From Candidatus Latescibacterota bacterium (GTDB lineage: Bacteria > Latescibacterota > UBA2968 > UBA8231): DNA of 64,000 nt. Positions within the stretch are counted from its first letter, which is position 1; each line of letters starts with the position of its first letter. The position numbers and the translations under genes are program-made. This document shows positions 10,779-19,954 of the stretch, piece after piece. Where the stretch lies: NCBI GenBank assembly GCA_965208105.1, contig OZ242318.1, positions 1,568,001 through 1,632,000 on the forward strand, written 5' to 3'. The notes below the pieces were generated by a model, which ran no database searches, had not been told where the DNA came from, and saw only the letters and a program-made list of their open reading frames with translations.

Positions 10779-11062
10779 AGGACGCCCGGGCTTATTCAGG
10801 ATGAAAGACTGCAACCTCGGCCCTGCTGCGAGCAGACGCCGGCGACCGATTCAGCATCAGCCTCCTGGTTTCCCGTCCCACCGGGGAAGTGCAAGCAGGG
10901 GAAGCATACCCCATACCCCGCTGCCGGGACCGGGCCGCGGCAGGGCCCCGCAAGGACCATGGGGCTGCTTGCATGCGGCCGCTCGAGCCGCAGGAGGGTC
11001 CCGGGAAAAACCAGGTCATCCATGCTGACAGCGATTGATACAACCGGCAGAATCCGAACCTC

Positions 11063-11857
11063 ATGATAACTACCAGGACCCACGGCGCCGCCCCCTTCAG
11101 GGTCGCGGTGGTGCACGGCGGGCCCGGAGCTGCGGGAGAGATGGCCCCGGTAGCAAGGCGGCTCGCCCCCAAGCGCGGGGTGCTGGAACCGATACAGACC
11201 GCGGCCAGCGTGGAGGGGCAGATCGAGGAGTTGAGCTCGACCTTGCGGCAACGCTGCGAGCCTCCCGTCGTCCTTCTCGGGTATTCATGGGGTGCATGGC
11301 TCGGTCTCCTGGCCGCCTCCCGGAATCCCCGCCTGGTGGCCAAGCTGATCCTCGTCGCCAGCGGTCCGCTGGAAGAGCGCTACGCGGCCCGGCTGCGAGC
11401 AAACCGGATGAGCAGGTTGACCCCGGAGCAGAGGCTGGAGTACGAATCGATCAGGGAGAGCCTGGGCAATCCCCGGGAAGAGGACAGGGACGGGCTGCTG
11501 GCGCGCCTGGGATCCCTGCTGGGGCCGGCCACCGACAGCTACGCCCCGGTGGACGAGGGCGGCGGATCGGGCGGGGAAGTCTTCTGCGATGGAGCCATCT
11601 TCCAGAAGGTGTGGACCGAGGCCGCCGAGCTCAGGCGCAGCGGCAAATTGATGCTGGAGGCCGCGGCGGTTCAGTGCCCGGTGGTCGCCGTCCACGGCGA
11701 CTACGATCCAGGTCCCTGGGAAGGGGTCAGGGATCCCCTGGCCGCCAGGCTGCGGGATTTCCGCTTCGTGCTGCTGGAAAGATGCGGGCACAAGCCCTGG
11801 ATCGAAAGGTTCGCGCGCGAGGAATTCTTCCGCATCGTCGAGGAAGAGCTTGGCTGA
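11063..11857 (+). CDS. Alpha/beta hydrolase
   Basis: Motifs HGGPG, GYSWG, HGDYD and CGHKPW. Confidence 0.85.
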   Translation: MITTRTHGAAPFRVAVVHGGPGAAGEMAPVARRLAPKRGVLEPIQTAASVEGQIEELSSTLRQRCEPPVVLLGYSWGAWLGLLAASRNPRLVAKLILVASGPLEERYAARLRANRMSRLTPEQRLEYESIRESLGNPREEDRDGLLARLGSLLGPATDSYAPVDEGGGSGGEVFCDGAIFQKVWTEAAELRRSGKLMLEAAAVQCPVVAVHGDYDPGPWEGVRDPLAARLRDFRFVLLERCGHKPWIERFAREEFFRIVEEELG

Positions 11858-11881
11858 CTCGCATGCGCGGATGGGACCGGC

Positions 11882-13069
11882 TCACTGGTTCCATCCCGGT
11901 GGAAATGGGCGGTAGGCGGGATATGGGTAGCTCCTCCGGGGGACAGGTTTGAACGAGGCCCCCCTGCCTTTCAGGGCCGCCTTGGCCGCGGCACCATCCT
12001 CCAGCCAGTCAATGAAACTCCACACCTCGTCCACCCGGATGCCGAACCCGATGTTGCCGCGCCCTATCCGCGCCGGGGCACCCGTGTTCTGGTCGATGAC
12101 CAGGGTCTCGGTGCCGGCGTGGTTCACCGCGACGATCCAGCCTTGGTGGTCGAAGATGGGGCTGCCGCTGGTGCCTCCCGACAGGTCCAGGTTGTGTTGG
12201 ACCACGCGGTTGTTCTCCGGGCTCACGGAGATGACATCGGGGCGAAACGGGCGCAGGGCGCTGATGGTTCCCTCCTTGAAGGTGGCCAGGGGCACGGTCG
12301 TATTGAAAGCCGCGACCTCGCCGGGGAAGCCCATGGTGGCAACGGGCTGGCCCACGCGAAGCCCGGGGGCCATCTCCCGGGGCAGCAGGGACGGCACCCC
12401 GGTGAATTCCCGGTCGATGACCAGGAGTCCAATGTCGGGAGAGAGAACGCTGCCATCGTATGCGGGATGTTCAAACCATAAGTCCAAACTGTAGGTATCA
12501 CTGCCACCGATGGGCGTTCCCGACTTCACCGCAAAGGGCCGGGGATCGAGGTTGGTGTTGCGCAGCGCTTCGAGAACTTCGATCAGACCCATGACTACGT
12601 GGGCATTGGTCCAGATCGCGTCGTTGAAGTGGGCGTTGAACCCGGTCCCGATCAGAAAGTTGACGCCCCTCACCTCGTAGCCGATGGCATAGATCGCCTG
12701 GTCGAGCCCCGACTCTTCGATGACGTCCGCCCAGTTCAGAAACTCACCGGGCTCACCTTGCGGGCCCTCTGGCCCCCGCTCCCCTTCCTGGCCCCGCTCG
12801 CCTGGTTCGCCCCGGGGGCCTCTATCCCCCTGCGCTCCCTCCTCGCCCGGTTCTCCCTGGGAACCCCTATCCCCCTGCGCTCCCTCCTCGCCTGGATCGC
12901 CTTGCGGTCCTTTCTCTCCCCGCTCTCCTCTTTCCCCCTGCTGACCCGCGGGACCTTGCTCTCCGCGCTCGCCCGGCTCGCCTTCCTCCCCCCGCGGACC
13001 CACCGGTCCCTGCTTTCCCTCGCAGGCGGCCAGCAGAATCGCAATACTCAAGAACAACAGAGGTCTCAT
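11882..13069 (-). CDS. Lipoprotein with a collagen-like domain and a trypsin-like serine protease
   Basis: Lipobox LLAAC, 31 Gly-X-Y triplets, and triad motifs TNAHVV, SPDIG and GGTSGSP. Confidence 0.85.
   Translation of the reverse strand: MRPLLFLSIAILLAACEGKQGPVGPRGEEGEPGERGEQGPAGQQGERGERGEKGPQGDPGEEGAQGDRGSQGEPGEEGAQGDRGPRGEPGERGQEGERGPEGPQGEPGEFLNWADVIEESGLDQAIYAIGYEVRGVNFLIGTGFNAHFNDAIWTNAHVVMGLIEVLEALRNTNLDPRPFAVKSGTPIGGSDTYSLDLWFEHPAYDGSVLSPDIGLLVIDREFTGVPSLLPREMAPGLRVGQPVATMGFPGEVAAFNTTVPLATFKEGTISALRPFRPDVISVSPENNRVVQHNLDLSGGTSGSPIFDHQGWIVAVNHAGTETLVIDQNTGAPARIGRGNIGFGIRVDEVWSFIDWLEDGAAAKAALKGRGASFKPVPRRSYPYPAYRPFPPGWNQ
12822..12899. repeat. 45-nt tandem repeat inside the collagen domain
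   Basis: ctatccccctgcgctccctcctcgcc occurs at 12822 and 12867 (GEEGAQGDRG twice). Confidence 0.8.
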
Positions 13070-13264
13070 CCCCTTATCTCCCCTGCAATGGTCGCGTTTC
13101 AACTCAACGAACCTAACGGCCCACCGGGATGGGCGCCATGAGCGAGGTCACCCCGGCTGCGCTTCACACTTTGACCTGGATGCAGGTTTTGGTGAAATTG
13201 TCACTCCGGGTTCACCGGAAATCCGGTCCATCCACTCACCACGAACCCCTCTCAGGACGACCTC

Positions 13265-13930
13265 ATGACCGGCGCCATTCTCGATGCGGTCGAAGTGAGG
13301 GTGTTGGGATCACTGGCGGAAAAACAGCTCACCACCCCCGAGTACTACCCCCTCACCCTCAACGCCCTGCGCACCGCCTGCAACCAGAAATCCAACCGCG
13401 ACCCGGTGCTCGACTTCGACGACCGCACCGTGGTCCGGGCCCTCGAGTCGCTGCGCGAAAAACAGCTCGCGCGCCAGGTCAGCGGCGGCGACCAGAGGGT
13501 CCCGCGCTACTACCACCTGCTCCGGGAGCGCCTGGACCTCGAGGTCCCGGCGCTCGCCGCCCTCTGCGTCCTGATGCTGCGCGGACCCCAGACCAGCGGC
13601 GAGATACGCGGGCGCAGCAGCCGCCTGCACCACTTCGCCGACCCGGCGGCCGTGGAAGCGGTCCTGACCGGGCTGATGGATCGCGACCAACCCCTGGTGG
13701 TGCTCCTGCCGCGCCAGCCCGGCCGCAAGGAAAGGCGCTTCGCCCAACTGCTGTCAGGGGCCCCGGAGGTTCCTCAAGTAGAAGAAGAGAGCTCCGTGGA
13801 GCCGGCCGCTCTCCTGGTGCGGGAAGAAGACCGGCGCCTGGAGCAGGTGGAGAAGGAGGTGGAGAAACTTAGAGCGGAGCTGGAGGCGCTGCGCCGGGAA
13901 TTCGGCGATTTCAGGGGACAATTCGACTAG
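13265..13930 (+). CDS. YceH/DUF480 family protein
   Basis: Signature EKQLTTPEYYPLTLNAL..ACNQKSNRDPV, plus LMLRGPQT.GE. Confidence 0.85.
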   Translation: MTGAILDAVEVRVLGSLAEKQLTTPEYYPLTLNALRTACNQKSNRDPVLDFDDRTVVRALESLREKQLARQVSGGDQRVPRYYHLLRERLDLEVPALAALCVLMLRGPQTSGEIRGRSSRLHHFADPAAVEAVLTGLMDRDQPLVVLLPRQPGRKERRFAQLLSGAPEVPQVEEESSVEPAALLVREEDRRLEQVEKEVEKLRAELEALRREFGDFRGQFD

Positions 13931-14091
13931 TGTCCCGTCGCAGAGATAGGTTGACGAAATTGGGCCGCCGAGGCGCCCGGCTCACCAGGCGCCTGAGCGA
14001 GTCGTACCAGTGGTGTACGGCGAGTGAAGGCAACGCCGTGAGCCGGGATGGATCGGCGGAATAATGGCGACATATTTCTGCGACGGGACAC
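13930..14091. mobile_element. 162-bp MITE, copy 1 (IS630-type ends)
   Basis: Terminal inverted repeats GTGTCCCGTCGCAGA(G/A)ATA, flanked by TA within CTAG on both sides. Matches the copies at 25125 and 26356 in reverse orientation with 1 mismatch seen. Confidence 0.85.
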
Positions 14092-14219
14092 TAGGACCTG
14101 CGCGGGCAACCCCTCGTGACGGAATGCAGCGGCGGCGAATTCAGGAGGAATGGCGCTGGCAGGCGCGGGGATGCAGCGCGGGACCAGTTCCTCCGGGCGG
14201 AAGCCCCGGAATGGCCCGG

Positions 14220-14936
14220 TCAGGTGGGAGAGGTTGGGAGACTGCCAGCCTTGCGGCGGACCCTGAAGGGCAGATAGAGCAGGTAGAACAATCCCAGGGC
14301 AACCGCGTCGAGAATGGGGATGTACCAGGGCCAGGGCGCGAAGAAGAAGGGGGACCTGGTCTCCGGAGGGCGGCAGAGGTACAGGTAGTTGCTCCCCAGG
14401 GTCAGATTGACCCCGACCAGGACGACGGCGAGGAGGTTGAGGAGCAGGAAGGCGCGCCAGACGGACCTGTGGCTGGGACGCATGTTGAGGCCCCAGGTGG
14501 CGAAGAGCGCCGCGGCGACGATGCCCCCGTGGGCGATGAAATATTGAAAGAAGGGGTAGTGGGGAAACCCGGCGTCCAGCTGCGGGGTCACCACGGCGTT
14601 GGTTGCCCCGGCCAGCCCCCAGAAATAGGTGATCTCGTAGGCAGTCCGCCGACGCAGGACGAGGGTGGCAGCGGCGGCGAAGATGGTGATGCCGCAGACG
14701 TGCAGGGGCAGGTTGTAGCGCAGGAACTCCCGCACCCCCATTGTGGGAAGATAGTGGTACCAGTTGAGGAAATCGTTGAGCAGGAGGAGGGCGGCGAAGA
14801 CCACGCAGATGGAACGGGTCGCCAGTTCCGAATCGAGGCGTTTGACCGCCAGGGCCAGGAGGAGAGGCAGAGCGATGGCGGACGCCATGACGGCGATATG
14901 GGGAAAGCCGAAAAATTCGAACGGGCTTGCGGGCAT
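14220..14936 (-). CDS. YwaF/TIGR02206-type integral membrane protein
   Basis: Motifs LPLHVC, YFWGLAGA..A..TP and GSNYLYL..PP..WPWY. Confidence 0.8.
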   Translation of the reverse strand: MPASPFEFFGFPHIAVMASAIALPLLLALAVKRLDSELATRSICVVFAALLLLNDFLNWYHYLPTMGVREFLRYNLPLHVCGITIFAAAATLVLRRRTAYEITYFWGLAGATNAVVTPQLDAGFPHYPFFQYFIAHGGIVAAALFATWGLNMRPSHRSVWRAFLLLNLLAVVLVGVNLTLGSNYLYLCRPPETRSPFFFAPWPWYIPILDAVALGLFYLLYLPFRVRRKAGSLPTSPT

Positions 14937-15207
14937 TGATCAGTGCGAGAAGGCCGGGGAGCCGGGGTTCTGTCTCGTCCGGACCGAGGGGCCGGTACTG
15001 GTTCATAAAAGATACTGCCGCCTGCGCCGATCCCCAAATACCCGACCCTGGCATCTCGAGGGCCTGCTTCGCAAGCAGCCCTCTGAAAGGATGTCCACTG
15101 GACCCGGCCGCGAAGGGCGGTGCTCCCCTCCTTTGATCCACCCGGCCCCTGGATGGAACGGGACCTGGGATGCCTGAGGCCGCCGCCTCGAACCTCGAGG
15201 AGATCCT

Positions 15208-16974
15208 GTGAGCCAGTCGCCCAGAAGCCGCGCTGAATCCCTGGCCGCGGACCTCTACGCACACCAGGTGGAGGGCATCGCCTTTCTCCTGGGCAGACAG
15301 CGGGCCATCCTCGCCGACGACATGGGCCTGGGCAAGACGCGCCAATCGATCCTGGCAATGGCCGAAGCCCGTCCCGGGGGTCCCTACCTGGTAGTCTGCC
15401 CGGCGGCGGTCAAATCCAACTGGGAGCGGGAGATCCGACTCGTCCTTCCCGCCCCCGAAATCACCGTCATCGGTCCGGCTCCCGCCCCGGAGACCGGGTT
15501 CCAAGGCTGGGCGGTGGTAAACTACGACATCCTTGCCCGGCATGCCCTGCGCGATCTCCCCTGGACCGGCCTGGTTTTCGACGAGGCCCACTACCTCAAA
15601 AATTTCCGCAGCCAGCGCCATCGCCTGGCCTGGGAGCTGGTCCGGAGCGCCGGCCCCGACACCGTGGTCCACCTGCTTACGGGAACCCCGCTGACCAGCC
15701 GCCCGCGGGACCTCTTCCCCCTGCTGCAACTGGCGCGCCACGCCCTCGGACGCTCATTCGTCTCCTTCGCCAGGCGCTACTGCGAAGGCTACAAAGGAGA
15801 CTACGGCTGGGTCGCCGACGGCGCCAGCAACATCGAGGAGTTGACTATTCAGTTGCACGGCATCATGTTGCGGCGCACCAAGGGGGAGGTGCTCGATCTT
15901 CCCCCCAAAGTGCGTTCCTGGCTCGAGGTGGAGGTGTCGAGCCGGGTAGCCCGCAGGATGAGCGAGGCAGTCACCGAGATGCTGCGCAGCGTTTCCCGGT
16001 CGGCAAGCCACCGGATCGAGGGGGAGAGCGATGCGCAACGGCGCACGCGCCATGGCCGGGTCATGGGGCAACTGACCCGGGCCCGCCGCAGCCTGGCCAG
16101 CGCCAAGGTCGTGGGCACCCTTCCCTTCGTGGAGAACGCCCTCGAGCAGGGCGAGAAAGTCCTGGTCTTTTCCTGCTTTCTACCCCCCGTCACCATTTTG
16201 AAGAAGCGCTTCGGCGAACAGGCCGTGGCCATCACCGGGGAAGTGCCGGCGGCGCGGCGGCAGGAGCTGGCCGACCGCTTTCAGGAAGACGAGTCGGTGC
16301 GGGTGCTGGTGGCGCAGATCGCCGCCGGCGGGGTCGGTCTCAATCTTACCGCGGCGCGCCAGGTGGTTTTCAACGACCTCGACTGGGTCCCGGTCAACCA
16401 CTGGCAGGCCGAGGACCGGGCCTACCGCATCGGCCAGCAGGAGACGGTCAACGTCACCTACCTCGTGGCCACCGGAACGGTGGACGAGTTCGTGCGCACC
16501 GTGCTGGAGACCAAGTCGAGACTGATCGACCAACTGATCGAGGGCGGGGCTCTGCCCCCGGACCTGCAGCGCGATGTGATGGGAGAGCTGCGGCGCATCA
16601 TGGGCGTCATCCAACCCGGGCTGGAAGCCATGCCCGGCGGCGAAGGTGACGAAGAGCAAGTGGCCGATATGCTGCGCCGGGCGGGAGCGGCCTTCTCGGC
16701 GGAGCAGCCACGGGGCGGCCGGGACGCCCTGGCTAAGCTGCCCTCGGCCGCAGCCATCGAGGTCCTTGCCCGTGTCCTTGCCGGCCCGCAACGGTCGGTC
16801 TACAAGGTCGAAAGCACTTCCAGAGCAGGGTCTTTCTACGAGCTGGAGGTCGAGGGCAGCGACGTGAGCTGCAGTTGCAGGGGGTTCTCCTACCGCGGCG
16901 CCTGCCAGCACGCCAGGGCCCTGAAGAAAGCCCTGGTGAGCGGCGATCTTCCCGAGGGCTACGTCCGCACCTGA
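15208..16974 (+). CDS. SNF2-family helicase/translocase with a C-terminal SWIM zinc finger
   Basis: Motifs LADDMGLGKT, FDEAH, LTGTP, GGVGLNLT and QAEDRAYRIGQ. C-terminus has CSCRGFSYRGACQH. Confidence 0.85.
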   Translation: MSQSPRSRAESLAADLYAHQVEGIAFLLGRQRAILADDMGLGKTRQSILAMAEARPGGPYLVVCPAAVKSNWEREIRLVLPAPEITVIGPAPAPETGFQGWAVVNYDILARHALRDLPWTGLVFDEAHYLKNFRSQRHRLAWELVRSAGPDTVVHLLTGTPLTSRPRDLFPLLQLARHALGRSFVSFARRYCEGYKGDYGWVADGASNIEELTIQLHGIMLRRTKGEVLDLPPKVRSWLEVEVSSRVARRMSEAVTEMLRSVSRSASHRIEGESDAQRRTRHGRVMGQLTRARRSLASAKVVGTLPFVENALEQGEKVLVFSCFLPPVTILKKRFGEQAVAITGEVPAARRQELADRFQEDESVRVLVAQIAAGGVGLNLTAARQVVFNDLDWVPVNHWQAEDRAYRIGQQETVNVTYLVATGTVDEFVRTVLETKSRLIDQLIEGGALPPDLQRDVMGELRRIMGVIQPGLEAMPGGEGDEEQVADMLRRAGAAFSAEQPRGGRDALAKLPSAAAIEVLARVLAGPQRSVYKVESTSRAGSFYELEVEGSDVSCSCRGFSYRGACQHARALKKALVSGDLPEGYVRT

Positions 16975-16982
16975 GCCGCGGC

Positions 16983-18125
16983 TCAGGGAGGGGAAGGGGC
17001 CGGCGCTGGAGCCAGGCGGGTGGCGGCGCTGAGGCGGCGCACGACCTCGGCGGGGTCCCGGGTCCGGTCGAGCAGGTCCATCTGGCGCTGGGACCAGGTG
17101 GGCCGGGAGGCCAGGTCCATGACGCGGTCCAGGTAGGGGCGGCAATCCAGGCGCTCGGAGACCGGCGCGAGGTGGTCCACGAGCTCCCGCACCATATCGG
17201 GAACGGACTTGAGGTCGTGGGTGTTGGAATCCACCAGGCGCGCCTCGAGGCCGTAGCGGGAGGCGTGCCACTTGTTCTGGCGCACGAGCATGGGATGGCA
17301 GTCGTGCTGGTAGGTTCCCTCCTCAACCTGGTCGGAGAGGTCTTTCACCAGGCACTGCACCAGCGCCACCAGGGCGAGAGTATCCTCCAGGGAGCCGGGA
17401 ATATCGCAGATGCGGATTTCCACCGTGCCGAAGCGGTGGTGCGGGCGCACGTCCCACCAGATTTCCCGGATGGACTCGATATAGCCGGTGGCGATGAGGT
17501 GGTTGATCAGCCAGACGTATTCGCTCCAGTTGCGCATGAAGGGGGGCAGCCCGGCGGTGGGCAGGCCCTCCATGACCCGCGAACGCCAGGAGTGCAGCCC
17601 GGTGGTGCGCCCCTCCCAGAAAGGGCTGTTGCACGAAAGGGCGAGCAGGGCGGGCAGGTGGCGCAGGATGCGGTCGCAGATCATGATGGCCTTGTCGCCC
17701 CCGTCCACCCCCACGTGGACGTGGAGCCCGAAGGTGAGAAGCTGGCGGGCGGTGTCCTGCAGCAGGTTGATGAGGCCGTGGTAGCGGTCGTTGGGGGTGA
17801 TGTCCTGGTCCCCCCACCTGGAGAACGGGTGGGTGGCCGACCAGAACAGGCGGGTGTTCGCCGCGTCCGCGGCGGCCTCGACGGCGGCGAGCTTGGGGCG
17901 CAGATCGGCCTCGGCCTCCGAGACGGTGGCGCACACGCCGGTGTTGATTTCCAGGTAGCACTGCATCAGCTCGGGCTTGACGCTTTCCTGCAGGGCCGGC
18001 GGCAGGTGGCCGAGGATTTCCCTGCTGGCGCTCTTCAGGGCCATGGTATTGGCGTCCACCAGGGCCAGCTCGATCTCCACCCCCAGTGTGGGCATGGTGC
18101 TGACGTGGAATTCAAGGTTGCTCAT
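16983..18125 (-). CDS. ybdK: YbdK/GCS2 family carboxylate-amine ligase
   Basis: Motifs TLGVEIEL, FGLHVHVG, SPFWEG and WWDVRP..FGTVEIRICD. Confidence 0.85.
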   Translation of the reverse strand: MSNLEFHVSTMPTLGVEIELALVDANTMALKSASREILGHLPPALQESVKPELMQCYLEINTGVCATVSEAEADLRPKLAAVEAAADAANTRLFWSATHPFSRWGDQDITPNDRYHGLINLLQDTARQLLTFGLHVHVGVDGGDKAIMICDRILRHLPALLALSCNSPFWEGRTTGLHSWRSRVMEGLPTAGLPPFMRNWSEYVWLINHLIATGYIESIREIWWDVRPHHRFGTVEIRICDIPGSLEDTLALVALVQCLVKDLSDQVEEGTYQHDCHPMLVRQNKWHASRYGLEARLVDSNTHDLKSVPDMVRELVDHLAPVSERLDCRPYLDRVMDLASRPTWSQRQMDLLDRTRDPAEVVRRLSAATRLAPAPAPSPP

Positions 18126-18368
18126 GGAGGTCCTCGGTTGAAAATGTGGTGGCAGAAAGAAGCCCTTCGAAGATGCAGGGTCAAGACGGTGCCGGATCTT
18201 TACCCCTACCCGATTCGGAGCCGGTATTGCCGCGCGAAGTTGACAAAATCAACATTTCGCACAACTATGTCGTTTCAAACGTAGAGGGATTGCGGTCGGG
18301 AGGGCTGTAACGGTCCCGGTCCGCTGTGCACAGGTTCCACGCTCGGCTTTTTTATTCTCAAAGGTGCA

Positions 18369-18926
18369 ATGGCCCGCAAAAAGTCTCGCCAAGATCTCAA
18401 CAGACATCAGAAAGCCGCCCGCCGTCCGGGCGAGGAGCGCGTGGGCCGCGAGATGGTCGGGGAGCTGCTCCAGCTTTCCCGCAGCCCCGACCCGGCCGAG
18501 CGCGAACACGCCGCCTCATTTCTGTGCCCCTGCCACGTGCGCCGCCGCATCGAGGAGGTCTGGGACGCTCTCTTTCGCATGATGGAGGACGAAGACGTGC
18601 GCGTGCGCCGCGCCGCCTGGCATACCCTGGAGGATGGCGGCAAGCCCGACGACCCGCGCCTGGACAGTCTCGTCGACCGCTTGTGGCGGACGGAGACCGA
18701 CCGGCGGGTGCGCAGCTTCGTCGACATGTTTTCCCTCCGGCGCCGCAAAAGGGCCGAGGTGGAGTTCAGGCTGGCCGGCCGCTCGGAGTTCGACCAGCGC
18801 GGCAAGTGCGATTTCTGCGGCAGAGACGGGCAGCGGGTCAGGCGCGACCTGGAAACCCTCATCCCCGCCAACGGCAGCAGCCGCGCCGGGCTCATCTGTC
18901 CGGCCTGTGCCCGGGAATCAGCCTGA
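18369..18926 (+). CDS. HEAT-repeat protein with a C-terminal CxxC..CxxC zinc finger
   Basis: HEAT-like segments SPDPAEREHAASFL and DEDVRVRRAAWHTL, followed by CDFC and CPAC. Confidence 0.65.
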   Translation: MARKKSRQDLNRHQKAARRPGEERVGREMVGELLQLSRSPDPAEREHAASFLCPCHVRRRIEEVWDALFRMMEDEDVRVRRAAWHTLEDGGKPDDPRLDSLVDRLWRTETDRRVRSFVDMFSLRRRKRAEVEFRLAGRSEFDQRGKCDFCGRDGQRVRRDLETLIPANGSSRAGLICPACARESA

Positions 18927-19116
18927 ACCTTCCGCGGGCCTGGCCTGCGGCATTGCAGAGGCAGCAGGGCATTCCGGAGCGGTTGCCCAAGCAAGCTGAA
19001 ATTCCCGCAACTCAAGCACCCTTCCCAATTGTCCTCGCGGCGGAACAGCCTGGGTGCTCTCCAAAGTGGGCGCGCCATCCACTCGCCGAGGGTCTCCTGG
19101 ATCCCGGCTCCACGGC

Positions 19117-19890
19117 CTAGTCTCCCTCCAGCGGCACCACGTCCGCATAGACGTACCCCGGTGACGTGGTGGTGCCATCCTCGATCTCGTCATTTCCATC
19201 TTCCGAAAGTGAAGCGGTTTTCCTGCGGACAATGCGGCCCGGCCTCGCCGCCACCGGCGAGCTGAACATGGGTCCGTCGACGACGCAGGTGTGAAACTCC
19301 CCGTTCTCGCCGAGTGGATCCACCCCGTCTGGCAAGTCCTCCAGGAAGCCGTCATCGAACCAGCGGCCCGCCAAATCTGAGGGAACCCTGGCAGGATCGA
19401 GGGCGGTGACGATGGCGCGCAGACCGGAGTCGATCATCCTGCGGGCGAGCAGGGCGGTGTCCTCGCCCCAGACCGGAAAAACCGGGGTGAATCCGGTCCC
19501 GCTCAGCTTCTCCTCGCGGTAGGCGCGGATGTCTTCCAGGAAAAGGTCCCCGAAGGCCAGGTGGAAGGCGGTCAGGTGTCCGGGCAGGGCCTTCACCCCG
19601 GCGAGGAATTCCTCCATGGCCTCCTCGTAGATCGCGTTCGAGCAGGGATAGGGGATCGGAATCTCGTAAACGGGGACTCCGAGTCTCTCGGCCTGCTCGC
19701 TCAGGACCCACCCCGGAGTAGAGTGAATGGAGACCCGCTCGAAGGTGGTGGTGACGGTGGTGAAAATACCGCGGACGTGGTAGCGTTGCGGCTGCTGCCT
19801 CAGGGCGTGCAGCGCCCAGGCGGAGTCCTTCCCCGAGGACCACGAGACCATTACCGGCGTGGGTCCGGGCTCATTGGTTCGTTCTGACAT
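19117..19890 (-). CDS. Adenine nucleotide alpha hydrolase (diphthamide synthase/DUF71-like)
   Basis: PP-loop SWSSGKDS, FGDLFLEDIR.YRE and DPLGENGEFHT. Confidence 0.85.
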   Translation of the reverse strand: MSERTNEPGPTPVMVSWSSGKDSAWALHALRQQPQRYHVRGIFTTVTTTFERVSIHSTPGWVLSEQAERLGVPVYEIPIPYPCSNAIYEEAMEEFLAGVKALPGHLTAFHLAFGDLFLEDIRAYREEKLSGTGFTPVFPVWGEDTALLARRMIDSGLRAIVTALDPARVPSDLAGRWFDDGFLEDLPDGVDPLGENGEFHTCVVDGPMFSSPVAARPGRIVRRKTASLSEDGNDEIEDGTTTSPGYVYADVVPLEGD

Positions 19891-19954
19891 GAAATATTCC
19901 CTCCGGTCTCCCATTACTCATCAAGCGTTGCGGCGGTTTAGAGCATCTGGATTC

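Noticed and set aside
10780-11060. Possible small ORF or ncRNA in intergenic gaps (also 14940-15200, 18930-19115, 37770-38080)
   Set aside because: No recognisable motif, RBS or convincing fold; possibly gene remnants.
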